From Desulfobacterales bacterium (GTDB taxonomy: Bacteria; Desulfobacterota; Desulfobacteria; Desulfobacterales; UBA2174), in contig CAXXWC010000013.1 in the NCBI GenBank assembly GCA_963668645.2, forward strand, positions 224,001 to 288,000: a stretch of 64,000 nt of DNA, read 5' to 3'. The position numbers were made by a program, and so were the translations under genes. The notes below the pieces were generated by a model. It was given only the letters and a program-made list of their open reading frames with translations. It was not told the DNA's origin and made no database searches. This document shows, piece after piece, positions 50,455 to 59,453 of this stretch (within the stretch, counting starts at the first letter, position 1; each line of letters starts with the position of its first letter).

Positions 50455-52107
50455 ATGGGACAAAGAGTGATCGTCGATCCGATTACCAGAATTGAAGGGC
50501 ACCTCCGCATCGAGATCGAGGTGGAGGGGGGCAAGGTTAAAAACGCCTGGAGTTCCGGGCAGATGTTCCGCGGCATCGAGATGATTTTACAGGGCCGCGA
50601 TCCGCGCGACGCCCACCATTTCGTGCAGCGTTCCTGCGGGGTGTGCACCTATGTCCACGCCATCTCATCCGTGCGCGCCGTGGACGACGCCCTGGGCGTC
50701 AAGATTCCCCCAAACGCCCGGCTGATCCGCAACCTGCTGCAAGGCGCCCAGTTTCAGCATGATCATATCGTTCACTTTTACCATCTGCACGCTCTGGACT
50801 GGGTCGATATCGTCAGTGCCCTGAAAGCCGATCCCAAGAAAACGGCTGAACTGGCAGACAACGTCAGCAACGCCCAAGTGGGCGGTACCGCCTATTTCAA
50901 ACAGGTTCAGCAGCGCCTGCAGACCTTTGTCGACAGCGGCCAGCTCGGCCCCTTCACCAACGCCTACTGGGGCCACCCGGCCTACAAGCTGCCCCCTGAG
51001 GCCAATCTGATGGCCTGTGCCCACTACATCGAGGCCTTGCGGCTGCAGGCCCGGGCCGCGCGTATGCATGCCATCTTCGGCGGCAAAAATCCGCATCCCC
51101 AGTCCCTGGTGGTCGGCGGGGTCACCTGCGTGGCCGACCTGAGGCCGGACCGCATCGCCGAATTTCTTTACATCACCAAAGAGACCCAGGATTTCGTCAA
51201 GAACGTCTACATCCCGGATCTTCTGGCCGTGGCCTCCTTTTACAAGGATTGGGGGGGCATCGGCGGGTGCACCAACTTTTTGGCCTATGGCGAATTCCCG
51301 GAAACGGAAAAGGAGCCCGAGAGCCTCTACATGCCGCGCGGGGCGATCTACAACAAGGACCTGTCAAAGATTGTGGCCGTGGACCAGATGAAGGTCACCG
51401 AAGATGTGACTCGAGGCTGGTACGAGGCCGGCACCCCCAAGCATCCATGGTCCGGCGAGACCAAGCCGCTCAAGGAGAATCCGACTTACGATACCGAGAG
51501 CAATGGCGGCCGCTACTCCTGGATGAAGGCCCCGCGATACGAAAACAAGGCCTGCGAGGTCGGCCCGCTCGCCCGGGTGCTGGTGGCCTATGGCAAGGGG
51601 CATGCCGAAATCAAGCCGTTGGTGGACAGCACCCTCAAGACCCTCGGCATTCCGGCCGGAGCCCTCTTTTCGACCCTGGGCCGTACGGCGGCGCGCGCCC
51701 TGGAGACCGTGGCCATCGGCGACCGGATGCAAAACTGGGTTCTGGAGTTGGTGGAGAACCTTAAAAGCGGCGATACGGCCACTTGCGCCGAGTACGAGAT
51801 GAAGGACGGCCAGGGCGTCGGGCTCAACGACGTACCGCGTGGATCCCTGGGCCACTGGGTCAAGATCAAGGACGGGAAGATCGAAAATTACCAGTACGTG
51901 GTGCCGTCCACCTGGAACCTGGGACCGCGGGACGCCGCCGGCCAGTTGAGCCCGGTGGAAGAAGCCCTGATCGGCACGCCCATCGCCGATCCCAAGCGGC
52001 CCATGGAAATTTTGCGCACCGTGCACAGCTTCGATCCATGCATCGCCTGTGCGGTACATGTGATCGATCCGGACAGCAACGAGGTTTACAAGATAAGGGT
52101 CTGCTAA
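50455..52107 (+). CDS. hynA: Periplasmic [NiFe] hydrogenase large subunit
   Basis: DPITRIEGH, RSCGVC (L1), DPCIACAVH (L2) plus cleavable tail. Confidence 0.96.
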   Translation: MGQRVIVDPITRIEGHLRIEIEVEGGKVKNAWSSGQMFRGIEMILQGRDPRDAHHFVQRSCGVCTYVHAISSVRAVDDALGVKIPPNARLIRNLLQGAQFQHDHIVHFYHLHALDWVDIVSALKADPKKTAELADNVSNAQVGGTAYFKQVQQRLQTFVDSGQLGPFTNAYWGHPAYKLPPEANLMACAHYIEALRLQARAARMHAIFGGKNPHPQSLVVGGVTCVADLRPDRIAEFLYITKETQDFVKNVYIPDLLAVASFYKDWGGIGGCTNFLAYGEFPETEKEPESLYMPRGAIYNKDLSKIVAVDQMKVTEDVTRGWYEAGTPKHPWSGETKPLKENPTYDTESNGGRYSWMKAPRYENKACEVGPLARVLVAYGKGHAEIKPLVDSTLKTLGIPAGALFSTLGRTAARALETVAIGDRMQNWVLELVENLKSGDTATCAEYEMKDGQGVGLNDVPRGSLGHWVKIKDGKIENYQYVVPSTWNLGPRDAAGQLSPVEEALIGTPIADPKRPMEILRTVHSFDPCIACAVHVIDPDSNEVYKIRVC

Positions 52108-52120
52108 AAAGCGGCTCCCC

Positions 52121-52154
52121 AAAAACGGCCTTCCCGCGGGGAGGCCGTTTTTTT
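52121..52154. terminator. Bidirectional terminator after the hydrogenase genes
   Basis: AAAAACGGCCTTCC...GGGAGGCCGTTTTTTT. Confidence 0.8.
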
Positions 52155-52212
52155 GCAGGGGGCAAAGCCCTCTGTTTACGGATTAATCCGTACGGAAATC
52201 GGACCTGGATGC

Positions 52213-52641
52213 TTACAGTTCATCGCCGGGGACCATGGTGATGGCGGTCACGGGGCAATCCACAGCACAAAAGCCGCAGGCGATACAGCGGCTTGGGGCT
52301 TCGAGCCGGGCGCTACGTACGGCACTGCGGCTGCCGCCCGGCGGCGCCAGGCCGAGACAGCCGGTGGGACAACTCTCGATGCACATGATGCAGCCGATGC
52401 ATTTGGCAACCTCGATGCGGGGCTTTTCCCAGCGTTTGCGCAGCCGGATACGCGTACATCGCCGCCCCATCGGATCACGCAAGGCCTCCTGGGGACAGAT
52501 CCGGCCGCAGGCGCCGCAGCCGATGCAGCGCTCGGCCAGGATCCGGTGAAGCTTGCGCGGCTGGCCTTCGATGGCTGCTACCGGGCAGATCATCTTGCAG
52601 AGGCTGCAGCCGATACAAAGGTCGGTTATCGCGTAGGTCAT
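52213..52641 (-). CDS. Polyferredoxin with four [4Fe-4S] motifs
   Basis: Four CxxCxxCxxxCP motifs. Confidence 0.9.
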   Translation of the reverse strand: MTYAITDLCIGCSLCKMICPVAAIEGQPRKLHRILAERCIGCGACGRICPQEALRDPMGRRCTRIRLRKRWEKPRIEVAKCIGCIMCIESCPTGCLGLAPPGGSRSAVRSARLEAPSRCIACGFCAVDCPVTAITMVPGDEL

Positions 52642-52653
52642 GGGGTCTGCTTT

Positions 52654-54669
52654 TTAAAAATCAAGGGTCGCCATGGCTGCCGGCAGGGGATGGCCGGTTT
52701 CCGGATCCCACCCCAATTCAAGCCAGTAATGGCGCATCAGCCCTTCGATGGGCACGCTGCGTCCGGCATTGGCCCCGGCGGCCTGGGCCGGATGCCCCAG
52801 AGACCGGTCGGCGGCCCGGTTGCGGCGCGGATCGACGCCGTGGCGGATATTGAAGGCCTGGCGGGCGGTCTGGATCCGCGATCCGCATTCCAGGTAGTCC
52901 CGGGCCGACCGGTTCCAGCCGGTGGCGGCGTTGAGCCATTCGAAGACCGGCAGGCGGTGGACCCCGAGAAAGGCGCCGAACAGACAGCCCCCGGCCCCGT
53001 TGATCACGTTGACGAACCGGCTGCAGGCGGCGGCCATGCGCGCCTTTTGCCGGTCGTCCTCGTATTTGCTCGATTTGAGGTAGAACAGGGACGGGTCCGG
53101 CAGTTCCTCGATGCGGCGCCAGAGTTGGAACATCTCGTAGTAGAGCAGCGAACCGATGGTATGGCGCCCCGGGGTCGGCTCCACCGAGTAATGCAGGGCA
53201 AAGCCCGGATCGAAGCGGCCGTCGTGCATGGGCAGCTCCTGGCCGCCGGCATGCATGGCGAAGGGGGCACTGCCGGCCCCGATGCGCCGGACCGCGGCCC
53301 GTACGCCGTCGGCCAGAAGATCTCCGATCCCCTCGCGCCGGATCATTTGTCCGAGCAACTGCTCCATGGCGGCACTGTTGCCCCAGGTCAGATCCAGGCC
53401 GCCGGTGTCGGCCCGGGTCAGGATTCCGTTTTCGTAGCACTCCATGGCAAAGGCGATGGTAGCCCCGGTCGAGATGCTGTCCATCCCCGCCCGGTTGAGG
53501 CATTCGTTCATGCGAAAGATGCTCTCCGCATCGCTGTTGAGGCAAAAGGCGCCCAGGGCCATGACGGTTTCGTACTCGGGCCGGTGCTGCCAGGAGCCGT
53601 CTTCACGGCCGGCCACCAGGGCGCCGCAGCCCAGGGGACAGGAATAGCAAAAATATTTGGAAATCACCGGGCGGGTAAACACATCCGGATCGACGGCGGC
53701 GCTTTGCTCAGGACCGAAATCCGCATGGGTCCCTTTCCAGTTCTGGATCGGGGAGTCGCCCATTTCGATGGACATCTGGTTCATGCCCACCGTGCCCCAT
53801 TTTTGCAGGATCTTCTGATAAAGAATCCCATCGGTTTCCATCTGGGCCGGCAGGGCGCGCATCAGACGGCCCATGGCGGCGGCGGTTTTGCCGGAGACAA
53901 AGGGGGGCAGATCCCGCACCACCGCGTTGACCCCCCGGCTGAGGCCCCGCATCTTTTCACGGTCATGGACCGCAACCCTCAGGCTCCCGGCCAGCACCAC
54001 GGCCTTGAGCCGTTTTGACCCCATCACGGCGCCTAGCCCGGAGCGGGCCGCCAGGCGGCCCCCGTCGTTGACCACCCCGGCAATCAGCGAGCACCGCTCG
54101 CCTGCCGGACCGATGCAGGCGATGCGCGGCAAGCGTTTCCTGCCGTGGTGTTTGGCAAGCCATGCCTCGGTCGCTACGCTGTCCCGGCCCCAGATGGCGC
54201 CGGCCTCAAGCAGCTCGGCGCGGTTGCCGTCGGCAAACAGGTAGACCGGCTTGGGGCTGATGCCTTTGAAAAAAAGCGCATCGAAGCCGCACTGTTTGAT
54301 GGCCGGAGCGAAGTTGCCGCCGCAGTTGGCATCTCCCCAGCCACCGGTCAGCGGGCTTTTGCCCGCCACCATCCAGCGGCCGGTAAAAAGGCTGCCCGTG
54401 CCGGTCAACAGGCCGCTGGCAAAGGCAAGGATGTTCTCAGGCCCCAAAGGGTCGGCTCCGGGGGGGATTTGCCGGCAGAGGTACCAGGCCGCCAAGCCCA
54501 TTCCGGACAGCCACCGGCGGTAGACCGCGTCGGGAACCGGTTCGCTGCGAATGTCGCCTCGGGTCAGGTCGATGATCAGGATTTTGCCTGTGTAGCCGAA
54601 TCCCACGGGATTTGCCTCCGGCTGAAACGGGCATGGCAAAAATCGCCGCGACCTCTCCGTCGCGGCCAT
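52654..54669 (-). CDS. aor: Aldehyde:ferredoxin oxidoreductase family (W/Mo-pterin) protein
   Basis: KSPLTGG, RSGLGAVMGSKRLKAV, CYSCPLGC, PEYET, GMDSIS. Confidence 0.9.
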   Translation of the reverse strand: MAATERSRRFLPCPFQPEANPVGFGYTGKILIIDLTRGDIRSEPVPDAVYRRWLSGMGLAAWYLCRQIPPGADPLGPENILAFASGLLTGTGSLFTGRWMVAGKSPLTGGWGDANCGGNFAPAIKQCGFDALFFKGISPKPVYLFADGNRAELLEAGAIWGRDSVATEAWLAKHHGRKRLPRIACIGPAGERCSLIAGVVNDGGRLAARSGLGAVMGSKRLKAVVLAGSLRVAVHDREKMRGLSRGVNAVVRDLPPFVSGKTAAAMGRLMRALPAQMETDGILYQKILQKWGTVGMNQMSIEMGDSPIQNWKGTHADFGPEQSAAVDPDVFTRPVISKYFCYSCPLGCGALVAGREDGSWQHRPEYETVMALGAFCLNSDAESIFRMNECLNRAGMDSISTGATIAFAMECYENGILTRADTGGLDLTWGNSAAMEQLLGQMIRREGIGDLLADGVRAAVRRIGAGSAPFAMHAGGQELPMHDGRFDPGFALHYSVEPTPGRHTIGSLLYYEMFQLWRRIEELPDPSLFYLKSSKYEDDRQKARMAAACSRFVNVINGAGGCLFGAFLGVHRLPVFEWLNAATGWNRSARDYLECGSRIQTARQAFNIRHGVDPRRNRAADRSLGHPAQAAGANAGRSVPIEGLMRHYWLELGWDPETGHPLPAAMATLDF

Positions 54670-54700
54670 GGGGGGCTGAGGATGAACTGGAGAAAATGGT

Positions 54701-54788
54701 ACTGTAGCGGCCGAAATGATCTCTTGTCAAGAAAGGTTATCGATTTTGCGCGGCGCGTTTTGACAGAAGCGGAGCGATTCCGTATATA
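54701..54788. promoter_or_regulatory. Divergent sigma70 promoters
   Basis: Minus: TTGACA-18-TACAGT (54730-54701); plus: TTGACA-17-TATATA (54760-54788). Confidence 0.55.
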
Positions 54789-54829
54789 AGTTGGATTGAG
54801 AAAGTCTTTTTAACCGCTACTTCGAGGGG

Positions 54830-55360
54830 GTGGGCTTGAGACCCAAGAATGCGGTAAAATTCGGGCTGGCTGGCGGCGTCTTTTCCTTTTGCATCGCCGC
54901 ACTTCTTTTTGCCGCTTCCGGGGGCGTGGAAGGTCGGATCACGCTTAATCTAACCGGGGGCCGCGCCGTTCACGGGGATTGGATCCGGGTGCTGCTGGTT
55001 TCCGAAGCGGTTGATGCGGCGGCCATAGAAAAAGATGTGGATGCTCAGATCGACCAGGTCGGAGGGGGGCGCCAAGGGGTTCGCACCAATCGATTGCACC
55101 TGGAATTTTACAAACAGGTCATGGCACGTGTTACCGGTACCCCCGATTATGTGACGGCCAGCACCCTGACCACCGAGGACGGAACTTTCAAGTTCGTCGG
55201 CGTGACGCCCGGTGACTACTGGGTGGTGATCACCTTCCCCTCGATCATCGAAGGCCACAAGGTGGCCTGGCAGGTTCCGGTCACCGTGGCGGCAGATGGC
55301 GGAGCGATTCTGTCGCTGACCGAAGCCAACCTCCTCTTTCCTCTTGATCTTTCTCGATAG
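54830..55360 (+). CDS. Hypothetical exported protein (carboxypeptidase-regulatory-like beta domain)
   Basis: N-terminal hydrophobic segment; TTEDGTFKFVGVTPGDYWV motif. Confidence 0.65.
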   Translation: MGLRPKNAVKFGLAGGVFSFCIAALLFAASGGVEGRITLNLTGGRAVHGDWIRVLLVSEAVDAAAIEKDVDAQIDQVGGGRQGVRTNRLHLEFYKQVMARVTGTPDYVTASTLTTEDGTFKFVGVTPGDYWVVITFPSIIEGHKVAWQVPVTVAADGGAILSLTEANLLFPLDLSR

Positions 55361-55379
55361 TGATTTTCGATAAATCCGA

Positions 55380-55408
55380 TTGACAACATATTTAAATATT
55401 AGTATATC
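55380..55408 (+). promoter_or_regulatory. sigma70-like promoter with palindromic spacer
   Basis: TTGACA-17-TATATC; perfect palindrome ATATTTAAATAT at 55388-55399. Confidence 0.5.
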
Positions 55409-55750
55409 CAGTCAAATCCTAAGTAAAAGCTGTAATAAACCTGTTGGTGGGCTGATCAAGGCCGGCTTTTTTTGCATTGGAAAATTTGGCCGACGCCCGC
55501 TTCCATGTTCTCCGGTGGTCGCCTGAAGTACCGGATGGCCCTTTAAGCGATTAATCCCCCTGGGGCGGTAGCCGGTCCTGTCGCTATGCAGCGTCCCGTT
55601 GACCTCCCCGGTTCCCTTCGCCGGACCTGCTTGTCGCTGTGGCGGTGCATTCCTCTCTACCGGCAAGTTCTGCGCTCATCTGAGGTTTGGTGACATGGGC
55701 GTACCTTATCGTACACCGCATCGAAGCAAAGCATGGGAGACGCTTGAGCG

Positions 55751-56262
55751 ATGGCGAACCGAGAATCTTTCGAAAACCTGATCGAAGGATTGGCCGGTGC
55801 GGTGGTTGAAGCCCAGCGCCGCATCGAATCGCGTCAACTACTCAATGTATTGAGATACTTAGACAATCAGCGTCACCCGAAAATCTTCGATATCCGCGTC
55901 CCCTCCACCCATCCCATGGCCGAAGACTATGAGGACGTGGTTTACAAGGTGCCGTTGCTGCCGCTGATTGCCAACAGTTCACTGCGCATCAAGGAGGTCG
56001 AGGTTCAGTTCGACGCCGACCTGATCGGCATCGAGGGGGACAAGGATGATGAAGCCGCGGCCGGCCAGGCCGACAGCAAGGATTCGAAAGGCGCCAAAAT
56101 CCCCAAGGGAGTGAGCGTCGATATCCGGGGCGGCATATGTTCAAGCGGCGCACCGGCACGGTGCATGTCGTCTTGAAAGTCGAAGGGCACGAGCTGAACG
56201 AAAGCATGGCCCGGCTCGTTGACCGTCTAATCCAGAGCCAGATGGACTACCATTCCAAATAG
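55751..56262 (+). pseudogene. DUF2589-like protein, frameshifted near 56135
   Basis: LIEGLAGAVVEAQ...VPLLPL...SLRIKEVEVQF, continuing in another frame as FKRRTGTVHVVLKVEGHELNESMARLVDRLIQ. Confidence 0.65.
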
Positions 56263-56364
56263 AGCTCGGATCGCCGAAAGCGGCTTTCGGCTAAAGCGCC
56301 TGGTTGGCCCGCAGGCCGCATAACCACCGCCCTCTGAACGCAGAGCCAAAAGGAGGTAGGAGCT

Positions 56365-56504
56365 ATGGCTGAATTGGTGAACATGTCCGAATCATCGGCA
56401 TCGAAAAGAGCTTCAAGATCCTGAATATCGGCGAGCATCAGGCCGTCTTGCAATGGACCGTCTACCATGTGGATCTTGAACGCAAACCGGCCTGGCTCGA
56501 GTAA
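56365..56504 (+). pseudogene. Deletion scar: 5' end of one gene (MAELVNMS, strong RBS) joined out of frame to the 3' end of another
   Basis: AAGGAGGTAGGAG RBS and ATG; after about 9 codons the coding-like frame switches to IIGIEKSFKILNIGEHQAVLQWTVYHVDLERKPAWLE*. Confidence 0.5.
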
Positions 56505-56552
56505 ATCCGCGGGTCTTGCGGGACCGGATACCATCACCGGCGCAAGAGGCGT

Positions 56553-57038
56553 TTGCACGACGGCCCAGGGGCCGCCAGGCCAGGAGGGCTTAACGTGACC
56601 GGCGCCGTGCCGCCCCGGGACGGAACGGCCCGCATGGCGCGGATCATCGAGATCGGTGACGACGGCCAGGCACGCTATATCCGCTGGGTCTGCTGCCGAT
56701 TCGGCCTTGACGGGCAGGAACGCCGCTATGAAATGCTCGGTATGCCGGTGCCCGCGCTCAAAAGAGGCGGCCCACTGTCGCCCATCGCCGAAACAAACCA
56801 CTTTCCCCTGATCGGCGAGACGCCATCCCTGCCTCCGGAAGATCGTGCCTGCCCGGTATCGATCAGCGCCGGATCCATCAGCGGCGAAACGGACTGTACC
56901 CCGGGCCAGGTTACCGGCTCTGCGATGCATGAAAGGGGTGCGCCGCGCCAGCCCGATACCCGTTTGCCGTGGAGGGCCGCCATCCTCTGGCCGGCGCTGC
57001 TCCTGTTGCCGGCCGCCATCGCCGGGTTGTTGCTTTAA
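56553..57038 (+). CDS. Hypothetical protein or fragment with C-terminal TM anchor
   Basis: ORF with no clear start; ends in a hydrophobic helix. Confidence 0.35.
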   Translation: MHDGPGAARPGGLNVTGAVPPRDGTARMARIIEIGDDGQARYIRWVCCRFGLDGQERRYEMLGMPVPALKRGGPLSPIAETNHFPLIGETPSLPPEDRACPVSISAGSISGETDCTPGQVTGSAMHERGAPRQPDTRLPWRAAILWPALLLLPAAIAGLLL

Positions 57039-57076
57039 GAGGTGCCGGGCGCGAACACCACAGAAAGGGGGCTGAC

Positions 57077-57526
57077 ATGCAAGTGATCCGCGCAGACCTG
57101 CGCCGGCAACGAGGCCTGATCACAGGCGTGATGCTGCCGGCGATCCTGCTGGCTGGGGCCATGGCAGTGGCAGCGCAGACCGGGTCCGAAGACCTTGTCG
57201 GTCAATGGGAAGGCCAACTCGGCAGCGGCCGGCCGGTCCAGGTCACCATGACCGTGGCCGCACCGGATGATTCCGGCAGGGTGGCGCCCAAACTATTTTA
57301 CGGCGCGCCGCGCGACTGCCGCATCGACTTTCAGGCCGCCCGGGTGGATCCTGCCCAGCCGTCGATCTATTTCGGCATCGACAAGGTCAACGGCGGCTAC
57401 TGCCTGCAGTTTTTCGATGGCTACATGATGATCGCCTTCGACGGGGCGACCCGCATGAGCGTGACGGTCTTTTCCAAAAGCGAAACCCTCAAGGAAACCT
57501 TCACCCTCCAGCGGCAGGAGAAGTAA
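57077..57526 (+). CDS. Hypothetical secreted beta-rich protein
   Basis: Signal peptide ...LAGAMAVAA|Q; LVGQWEG; two Cys. Confidence 0.7.
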   Translation: MQVIRADLRRQRGLITGVMLPAILLAGAMAVAAQTGSEDLVGQWEGQLGSGRPVQVTMTVAAPDDSGRVAPKLFYGAPRDCRIDFQAARVDPAQPSIYFGIDKVNGGYCLQFFDGYMMIAFDGATRMSVTVFSKSETLKETFTLQRQEK

Positions 57527-57608
57527 CCGGCCCGGCCGGACCGCCATCGCGGGCGGTCAAAGCGCTTGCGGGCCATATCCTATCGATTCCAGCAAGGTAA
57601 GGGGGACG

Positions 57609-58548
57609 ATGATTTCGGTCGTGATTCCCTGCCGTAACGAGCGCCATACCGGCCATACGATCCGATCGGTGCTCAATACCGCCCAGGTGCCTGTCGAGAT
57701 CATCCTGGTCGAGGACGAATGCCGCGGCCATGGTGACCTGCCGGTCGACAAGCGTGTGGCGGTCCTGGTGCTGAAGCGTTCCGAGGGGGTCGACCGGGCG
57801 CGCCATGCCGGCATCATGGCCGCCGCGTGCCCGGTCATTTTCGTCATGGACGCCCACATGTCATGCGAACCGGGGTGGGACCGGACCGTCCTGGGGCATC
57901 TGGAACGGCAGCCGGACGTGGTCACCTGCTGCCAGTGCCCTTGCCTGGACGACGATCTGAAAGTGCCGGCAGCTCAACGTGGCTATATCGGCGCGCGCGT
58001 CGAGGTGATGCACCAGTATCCGAAGTACTTCGGTTGGTCGGTGTTTCAGCCCAAGTGGTCCGAAGCCGCCGCCGACGCCATCCACCGCGGTTCGGCCGCC
58101 AGGATCGGCTGCGTCCTGGGCGCCTCGTATGCCTTCTTGCGCCGGCGCTATCTGGACATCGGCGCCCCGTGGCAGTGGCTCTGGGGGTGGGGGGGCCGAA
58201 GCGCTGTTGTCCCTGGCCAACTGGTGCCTGGGAGGCGATAGCTGGGTGCTGCCGTGCCGGGTCGGCCACCTGTTTCGCACCGATCAGTTCGACAAGGTCC
58301 CCTACCGTACCGAAGTGGCCCGGATCCTCCACAATCAACTCCTGCTGATCGATTCGCTGCCGATGTCCGAGCCGCTGCGCCGCGATTTGCAGACCCATTT
58401 CGACACCGGTCGCCAGCAAAGGTTCTATCCAGCCCGGAGCTATACCGAGGCCGAACAGATGCGCAGCCGTCTGACGGGCGACCATCTGGCCGAACGGCTC
58501 CGCCACGCCCGGCGCACCCTTGACGCGTACCGGACGATCTGGCCCTGA
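57609..58548 (+). pseudogene. GT-A glycosyltransferase (GT2/GT27-like), split by a +1 frameshift in a G7 tract
   Basis: ISVVIPCRNE, MDAH, then WG/AEALLSLANWCLGG...PCRVGHLFR across the frame change at 58189-58195. Confidence 0.8.
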
Positions 58549-58576
58549 AAGGGGCCTCAAGAAAGGAAGGGATCCA

Positions 58577-59191
58577 ATGAAAATGAGCGAAAACGGCCGC
58601 GAGCTCTTGGCCCGCTGGGAAGGGGTGCGCACCCAGGTCTACAAGGACAGCGCCGGACTGCCGACGATCGGCGTCGGCCATTTGCTGACCGAAGGGGAAT
58701 CCCATTGCGGCAAGATCGTGATTGGCGGCGTCGCGGTGGCCTATGACGGGGGGCTGAGCGAGGCCCAGGTCCTCGCCCTGCTCGGCCAGGACCTGACCCG
58801 CTTCGAGGATGCGGTCAACAGCGCGGTGACCGTCGTGCTGAACCAGAACCAGTTCGATGCCCTGGTTTCGTTTTCCTTCAACGTCGGCGTGGGGGCCTTT
58901 GAGAAAAGCACGCTCTTGCGGGTCCTCAACCAAGGCCGCTACAATGAGGTCCCCGACCAGTTGCGGCGCTGGATCAAAGCGGCCCAGGCGGCCTGGCGCC
59001 AATTCAGGGATGCGCATCTGGCCTCGCTCTTTCCGGCTGAAGACAAGGTCCAGGCTTACGGGAGCGTCTATGGCGAGTGTGTGCAACGGGCGGCCAGGGA
59101 ACTGACCTGCGAGCGGATCGAACAGCTGTACCGCTGGGTGAAAGGGGTCCCGGAAGGGGAAGTCTGCGCCGGCAGCCTTCCCATCCAATGA
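58577..59191 (+). CDS. GH24 phage-type lysozyme fused in frame to an LprI/DUF1311-like C-terminal half
   Basis: WEG...YKDSAGLPTIGVGH (E-x8-D-x5-T triad), QFDALVSFSFNVG; then AQAAWRQFRDA...YGSVYGEC...LTCERIEQL. Confidence 0.8.
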   Translation: MKMSENGRELLARWEGVRTQVYKDSAGLPTIGVGHLLTEGESHCGKIVIGGVAVAYDGGLSEAQVLALLGQDLTRFEDAVNSAVTVVLNQNQFDALVSFSFNVGVGAFEKSTLLRVLNQGRYNEVPDQLRRWIKAAQAAWRQFRDAHLASLFPAEDKVQAYGSVYGECVQRAARELTCERIEQLYRWVKGVPEGEVCAGSLPIQ

Positions 59192-59453
59192 GAGATGAAA
59201 AGGGTGCCAAGTCAAGCACGGAGAACGATCCCTGCCGGCCCCCGGCCACGCAAACGCAAACCGATGGCCGCGCACGCTGCGGCACTTGATCCTTCCGTTT
59301 TTTCAGGATAACCGCCAGATCGCGGACTCACCGGAAATTACCGGCCCGGTGTCGGGCTTGCACCCTCGGCATATCGATGCTACCTTGCAAATCCTCGGCA
59401 GCGCGGACCGGGCTGCACACCGAAGATGCTACCAAACCGATCAAGAGCTTTCC

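Noticed and set aside
50455..52107. [NiFeSe] or O2-tolerant hydrogenase
   Set aside because: L2 motif is DPCIAC with Cys codons and no in-frame TGA; the small subunit has standard CTGC without the supernumerary Cys
55470..55600. c-di-GMP-I riboswitch
   Set aside because: Only the 3' GGTAGCCGG resembles it; the GGCAAA...GAAA...GACGCAAA core is missing
58577..59191. Prophage lysis cassette
   Set aside because: No holin, structural, terminase or integrase genes recognised nearby
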